Shown: positions 59,710 through 64,000 of the stretch, in pieces | How the letters are laid out: every line of letters begins with the position of its first letter | Position numbering within the stretch: the stretch's first letter is position 1 | Assembly: GCA_965243605.1 (NCBI GenBank) | Contig: CBDEVQ010000112.1 | Coordinates: forward strand, 2,325-66,324 | DNA: 64,000 nt | DNA from: Flavobacteriales bacterium | Lineage (GTDB): Bacteria > Bacteroidota > Bacteroidia > Flavobacteriales > CAJXXR01 | Direction of reading: 5' to 3' | Translations under genes and position numbers: made by a program | Notes under the pieces: generated by a model | Seen by the model: the letters and a program-made list of their open reading frames with translations, nothing else | What the model was told of the DNA's origin: nothing | Databases searched by the model: none

Positions 59710-60228
59710 TTAGTCTTCTGACGGTAATTCTGGTACTAAATAAACATCTAAATTTTCGGCAACACCATTCTCTAAAGAATATCCATTTGAAAGCGGTGAA
59801 TAAAATTCTATATCCACTCGAGAATTGATATATTGAATATATGCATACCCATTAACTGATATAAACGGGAAAGTCCCTTTAAAGAATTGAATGTTATATC
59901 TATTTTCTCCACTAATATTGTACTCTCCAACAGTAATTGTTTTACCAGGATTATTATTCTGGATATCTATAACAATTGAATCGTTACTAGTTGTATGCCC
60001 CATAATTCTCATCATATTAGAATCTCTTAATACAGTATATTCATCAACAATGTATTTTTCCGTAGACTCTATAACCCATGATGTATCAGTTCCCTGAATT
60101 TGCATTTTTCTTTTTACATAATTCCACTCAAATTTCTCGTTAGTCTCTTCTTCTGTTTCATTACAAGAAAACATACTTAAAGCAAAAATGGAAAGAAATG
60201 ATAAAATTAAGAATCGTTTTAAAGACAT
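59710..60228 (-). CDS. Hypothetical lipoprotein (172 aa), paralog of the N-domain of 58485-59408
   Basis: Lipobox SMFSC. Motifs shared with the 307-aa protein: F.W.YVK, DS.I.I, TVGEY/TIGEY, YIN.R.D.EF, L.NG...NL. Confidence 0.7.
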   Translation of the reverse strand: MSLKRFLILSFLSIFALSMFSCNETEEETNEKFEWNYVKRKMQIQGTDTSWVIESTEKYIVDEYTVLRDSNMMRIMGHTTSNDSIVIDIQNNNPGKTITVGEYNISGENRYNIQFFKGTFPFISVNGYAYIQYINSRVDIEFYSPLSNGYSLENGVAENLDVYLVPELPSED

Positions 60229-60354
60229 AACTAATAAATTTTAAAGTACTTTTTGGGCGTTTAACATTCCAAATATAATCGATTTATTTTGTGATTTGAA
60301 AATCAATCCCCTATTTTATTTAAGTTTTTAATTTATTATTGGTCTTAATGGCAT

Positions 60355-60394
60355 AAAAAAAGCAGATTATTAATATATAATCTGCTTTTTTTTT
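60355..60394. terminator. Rho-independent terminator after the ABC-2 permease gene
   Basis: AGCAGATTAT / ATAATCTGCT stem flanked by A6 and T8. Confidence 0.8.
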
Positions 60395-60398
60395 ATGC

Positions 60399-61718
60399 TT
60401 AATCTTTTTGTCTAATCCATTTCCAAAGATCTTTATAAGATGCTTTTTTACCGAAATGTAAAAGTCCTACTTGATATATTTTAGATGCTACTTTAATCGC
60501 TAATATTATGGTTCCTGCCAAAATTGCCAGCGAAAGAGCTTGTTGCCATAGAGGAACTCCAAATGGAATTCTAAACATCATAGTTATTGGTGATGTTAAT
60601 GGGAACATAGACATAAACATTCCTACTGGACCATCAGGATTATCTTTTAACCCTATCATACCAACATAAAGAGCTAATACTAGCGGTAAACTTACCGGAA
60701 GCATAAATTGCTGAGAGTCCGTTTCAGAATCTGATGCTGCACCAATTGCGGCAAATAAAGAGCTATATAATAAATACCCTAATGAGAAGTATAAGATATA
60801 TGCAATAATAATATTTGTAAAATCTACCGTGCTAATTGCATGCATGATATCTAACACAAAATCACTATTCATAAGTTCTTGAAGTTTATCTTCACTAACC
60901 CCATCCATTGGAACACTTGCTGCATCTAGATTTGGTTTTGGAAGCAATAAGGTTACAATAAACATGATAATACCCCAAATACCCAATTGAGTAATTACCA
61001 CTAAAACTGTAGAAATAATTTTCCCAAACATTAATTGAAAGGGCTGAACACTCGAGATTACAACTTCTATTACACGTGTTGTTTTTTCTTCTAATACACT
61101 ACGCATTACCTGTGCACCATACATAAAGATAAACATGTATAATATCATACTTAAAACAAATCCAATTCCAATTCTTAAACTTGTATAAGATTCATCCTTC
61201 TCTTCGTTTTCAAAGGAAACATAATTGATGTCAACATTAACTTTCGTTTTTTCTAAAAGTTCAACATCAATTTTATAATGTTCCATTTTAATTTTCTCAA
61301 AACGCTTTTCCAATACAGTAGAGATATAGCTTAATCCCTCTAAGTTTGGTGTTTGTTCTGAATAAATACGAATACTTTTTCCTAAATCGTTTAAATTATC
61401 ACGCTTTAATGATGGTATAAATAATAATCCATGAGCCGTTTTACCTTCTAGGTATTCTTTAGGCTTCATTCCTTCCATAGCATCTACATACTGGAAATCA
61501 AACCGTTCCGTATCTTCAAAATCATCTGCAGTAAAGTATTTGCTTTCATCATAAACATATAACACTTCCTGATCAGACTTATTCGCCATACTTAAATATC
61601 CTATTACTCCACCAAGAGCAACTAATAGGATTGGTGTAAGAATGGTTAAGATTAAGAACGATTTTTTCTGTACTTTATTTAAGTACTCTCTTTTAATAAT
61701 TATCCCTAATTTACTCAT
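60399..61718 (-). CDS. ABC-2 type transporter permease (NatB-like)
   Basis: N-terminal TM helix, a large extracytoplasmic loop, and a C-terminal cluster of about 5 TM helices. It follows the ABC ATPase after a 3-nt gap. Confidence 0.8.
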   Translation of the reverse strand: MSKLGIIIKREYLNKVQKKSFLILTILTPILLVALGGVIGYLSMANKSDQEVLYVYDESKYFTADDFEDTERFDFQYVDAMEGMKPKEYLEGKTAHGLLFIPSLKRDNLNDLGKSIRIYSEQTPNLEGLSYISTVLEKRFEKIKMEHYKIDVELLEKTKVNVDINYVSFENEEKDESYTSLRIGIGFVLSMILYMFIFMYGAQVMRSVLEEKTTRVIEVVISSVQPFQLMFGKIISTVLVVITQLGIWGIIMFIVTLLLPKPNLDAASVPMDGVSEDKLQELMNSDFVLDIMHAISTVDFTNIIIAYILYFSLGYLLYSSLFAAIGAASDSETDSQQFMLPVSLPLVLALYVGMIGLKDNPDGPVGMFMSMFPLTSPITMMFRIPFGVPLWQQALSLAILAGTIILAIKVASKIYQVGLLHFGKKASYKDLWKWIRQKD

Positions 61719-61721
61719 ATC

Positions 61722-62621
61722 TTATTTACTTTCTACAGCGTTAATAAAAATCTCATTCATGTTAGGAATATCTTCCTTAAAACTATGAAAATCGACTCCT
61801 TCAGGTAAAGAATTTAATACCGTAAATGGAGAATTTAGCTTAGATAAATCCAATACGTATTCATGAACATTTTCCTTAATTTCATGACTCAACACTTCTA
61901 CATCCGCATCAAAACTAATCGTTTCATGGTGTACAAGTTGTAAACGGTATTTATCAGTCCTAAATCTATTTTTAACACTTTGCTTATTCCCATCTAATAT
62001 TTTGTTAGACTTATGAATTAAACAAATATGAGAACATAAATCTTCAACAGACTCCATTCTATGTGTAGAAAATAAAATAGTAGCACCTTCATTATTAAGA
62101 CGAATGATCTCATCTCTAATTAAATTGGCGTTTATTGGATCAAACCCCGAAAAAGGTTCATCAAGAATAAGTAATTCTGGCTCATGTAAAACAGTGGCTA
62201 CAAATTGTATTTTTTGAGCCATTCCTTTAGATAAATCTCTTAATTTTTTACCTCCCCAACCTTCTACATTCAAACGATCGAACCACATGTTCATCTTTTC
62301 TCTTGCATCGGTTGCAGACAGACCTCTTAATTGAGCCAAATAAATTAACTGATCGTCAACTTTCATTTCTTTGTATAGTCCACGTTCCTCAGGAAGATAT
62401 CCTATTCTAGATAAATCTTCACGAGTTAATAATTTCCCATCCCACTCTATGCCTCCGTCTGATGGAGGTAGTATTTGATTTAATATTCTTAAAAATGTTG
62501 TTTTACCTGCCCCATTAGGTCCAAGTATTCCATAAATACTCCCTTTGGGAATAGAAATCGAAAAATTATTAAGAGCTGTAAAATCCCCATAAGTTTTCGT
62601 TAATTGTTTAACTTCTATCAT
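61722..62621 (-). CDS. ABC transporter ATP-binding protein
   Basis: Walker A GPNGAGKTT, signature LSKGMAQK and Walker B LILDEPFSGFD. Confidence 0.92.
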   Translation of the reverse strand: MIEVKQLTKTYGDFTALNNFSISIPKGSIYGILGPNGAGKTTFLRILNQILPPSDGGIEWDGKLLTREDLSRIGYLPEERGLYKEMKVDDQLIYLAQLRGLSATDAREKMNMWFDRLNVEGWGGKKLRDLSKGMAQKIQFVATVLHEPELLILDEPFSGFDPINANLIRDEIIRLNNEGATILFSTHRMESVEDLCSHICLIHKSNKILDGNKQSVKNRFRTDKYRLQLVHHETISFDADVEVLSHEIKENVHEYVLDLSKLNSPFTVLNSLPEGVDFHSFKEDIPNMNEIFINAVESK

Positions 62622-62626
62622 ACGTT

Positions 62627-63691
62627 TTATAGTATTGGATAATAAATTTGGCCGCTTGAATGGTTAGTGCGAGAACCAGTCACCGAAGATAATACATTCA
62701 CCTGATTCCTTAGTCTTAAATAGCCTAAAAAAGCAAAAATTAACGCTTCTTTAAACTCTATTAAGGTTGGATTAGGTATAACAATTTGAGTTTTACATAC
62801 TTTCTTTAAGTTATCAACAAAGAAACTGTTGAAAACTCCTCCACCTGTTAATAATACCTTTTCTTTCTTATCTATAACTTTTGATATTACATCTATATAA
62901 TGTTTCACCAATGTTGCCAATTTATCTTCTGGTCTACCACTACTATCGTCTAATAATCTAAAATAATGCACATTAAGATCTTCAATAGATAAACTTTTAG
63001 GATAAGACTGCTTATAATATGGCAATTTATTAAGCGCATCTAATAATGATCGTATTACATTTCCTGACCTAGCAAGTTTTCCGGACTCGTCATATGGCAA
63101 CCCATATTTATTAGCTTCTGGATTCATTAATATATTGAATGGACATAAATCATAGGCTATACGCTCTATAGATTCTTGATAAGAAATATTTGCAAATCCT
63201 CCTAAATTAATACAAGCATCATACCCGTTAAACAAATGAAGATCTCCTATTGGCACAAGAGGTGCACCTTGTCCTCCTAGAAATACATCTTGATCTCTAA
63301 AATTACATATAGTTATTAACTTGGTCTGTTCTGCAATTAACCCTCCCAAAGTCATTTGAAAGGTATATCCAACATCAGGGTTATGAAACACTGTATGCCC
63401 ATGTGTTGCTACAATATCAATATTTAATTGAGGGTAAATCTCTCTAAATGCGTTAATACACGCTACTTGAAAAATTGAAAAATCATACTCCAGTCGTTTT
63501 AAATCTTGTCCAGATAAATTAAACGCTCCTTCAAGTCTCTCTTTCCAATCTTTAGAATATAAAAAACTATGGGTTTGGGTAATGGTATATGTAAACCCCT
63601 TTTCTTCTTCTGAGAAAGTGGTTAAGCAAAAATCTAGACCATCACATGATGTCCCAGACATTATTCCTAAAATATGTTGTTGAGTTGGCAT
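62627..63691 (-). CDS. anmK: Anhydro-N-acetylmuramic acid kinase
   Basis: N-terminal GIMSGTSCDGLD motif, typical of AnmK. The length fits at 354 aa. Confidence 0.9.
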   Translation of the reverse strand: MPTQQHILGIMSGTSCDGLDFCLTTFSEEEKGFTYTITQTHSFLYSKDWKERLEGAFNLSGQDLKRLEYDFSIFQVACINAFREIYPQLNIDIVATHGHTVFHNPDVGYTFQMTLGGLIAEQTKLITICNFRDQDVFLGGQGAPLVPIGDLHLFNGYDACINLGGFANISYQESIERIAYDLCPFNILMNPEANKYGLPYDESGKLARSGNVIRSLLDALNKLPYYKQSYPKSLSIEDLNVHYFRLLDDSSGRPEDKLATLVKHYIDVISKVIDKKEKVLLTGGGVFNSFFVDNLKKVCKTQIVIPNPTLIEFKEALIFAFLGYLRLRNQVNVLSSVTGSRTNHSSGQIYYPIL

Positions 63692-63748
63692 AGTGAAACC
63701 AAGTTAATGGATAGCCATTAAATAAACAAGGATAAAGCTATTAATACA

Positions 63749-64000
63749 TTAATTTAGCGCATACCCCATGGTTAATTGAACAGATGAATTATAAACATTA
63801 CTTGCGCCTTCCTTGTTTAACTTTATGATTCCTTGGTTCAATTTAAGATCTAGACTTAATGTTTTAGACATCTCGTAATTTAGTCCTAAATTAAGCCCTA
63901 CATCCATTTTCCTTACTCCTCCATATAGGTTAAACAAATCTCCAAATTCTTCTCCATTTACAACGGTTATATTCTTTTCTGAATATAAAAATGAGGGTTC
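63749..64000 (-). CDS. Outer-membrane beta-barrel (porin-like) protein, C-terminal part only
   Basis: The frame is open to the window edge. It has an alternating hydrophobic beta-strand pattern ending in a ...SSVQLTMGYALN-type terminal strand. Confidence 0.5.
   Translation of the reverse strand, partial: EPSFLYSEKNITVVNGEEFGDLFNLYGGVRKMDVGLNLGLNYEMSKTLSLDLKLNQGIIKLNKEGASNVYNSSVQLTMGYALN

Noticed and set aside
1-64000. I searched by eye for CRISPR repeats, rRNA, tRNA, restriction-modification, toxin-antitoxin, retron/DGR or other defence-type modules.
   Set aside because: I saw no regularly spaced direct repeats and no rRNA- or tRNA-like conserved segments. There is no nuclease, helicase, reverse-transcriptase or DNA-methyltransferase signature. 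The only methyltransferases are rsmH and a THUMP RNA methyltransferase. An exhaustive repeat search would need software.

Overview
AT-rich (about one-third G+C by eye) chromosomal segment that looks like a Flavobacteriia/Bacteroidota genome. Supporting signs: T9SS C-terminal sorting domains, TAnnTTTG -7 boxes, no obvious Shine-Dalgarno use, and a Bacteroidota-type dcw gene order. Most of the window is core housekeeping. It holds a very compact dcw cluster on the minus strand (rsmH, ftsL-like, ftsI, murE, mraY, murD, ftsW, murG, murC, ftsQ, ftsA, ftsZ, then a YqeY-like gene). It also holds sucC, purF, dapD, an S46 dipeptidyl-peptidase, a miaB / sigma-54 activator / LptE-like / SecG block, sufABCD, rsgA, rpmB, hutH, hisS, anmK and an ABC-2 exporter. 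Non-core or decaying content: (1) a complete 1.39 kb IS3-family element with inverted repeats, a 3-bp target duplication and an A_AAA_AAC -1 frameshift site, inserted between the sucC stop codon and what looks like the sucC terminator. (2) A nitrilase-superfamily gene interrupted by one in-frame TAG. (3) A HisKA_3 sensor kinase broken by a 1-nt frameshift next to an intact LuxR-type response regulator. (4) A divergent pair of orphan secreted proteins wedged between the dcw promoter region and sucC. (5) A tandem array of three diverged paralogous beta-propeller-like T9SS cargo genes. (6) An OMP_b-brl_3-like outer-membrane protein with two paralogous lipoproteins, each with its own terminator. 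I saw no rRNA, tRNA, CRISPR array, or recognisable defence, toxin-antitoxin or biosynthetic system. The candidates for novel biology here are uncharacterised secreted and surface proteins, not a clear multi-gene system. All calls come from reading the supplied ORF translations and the raw sequence; no database search was possible.
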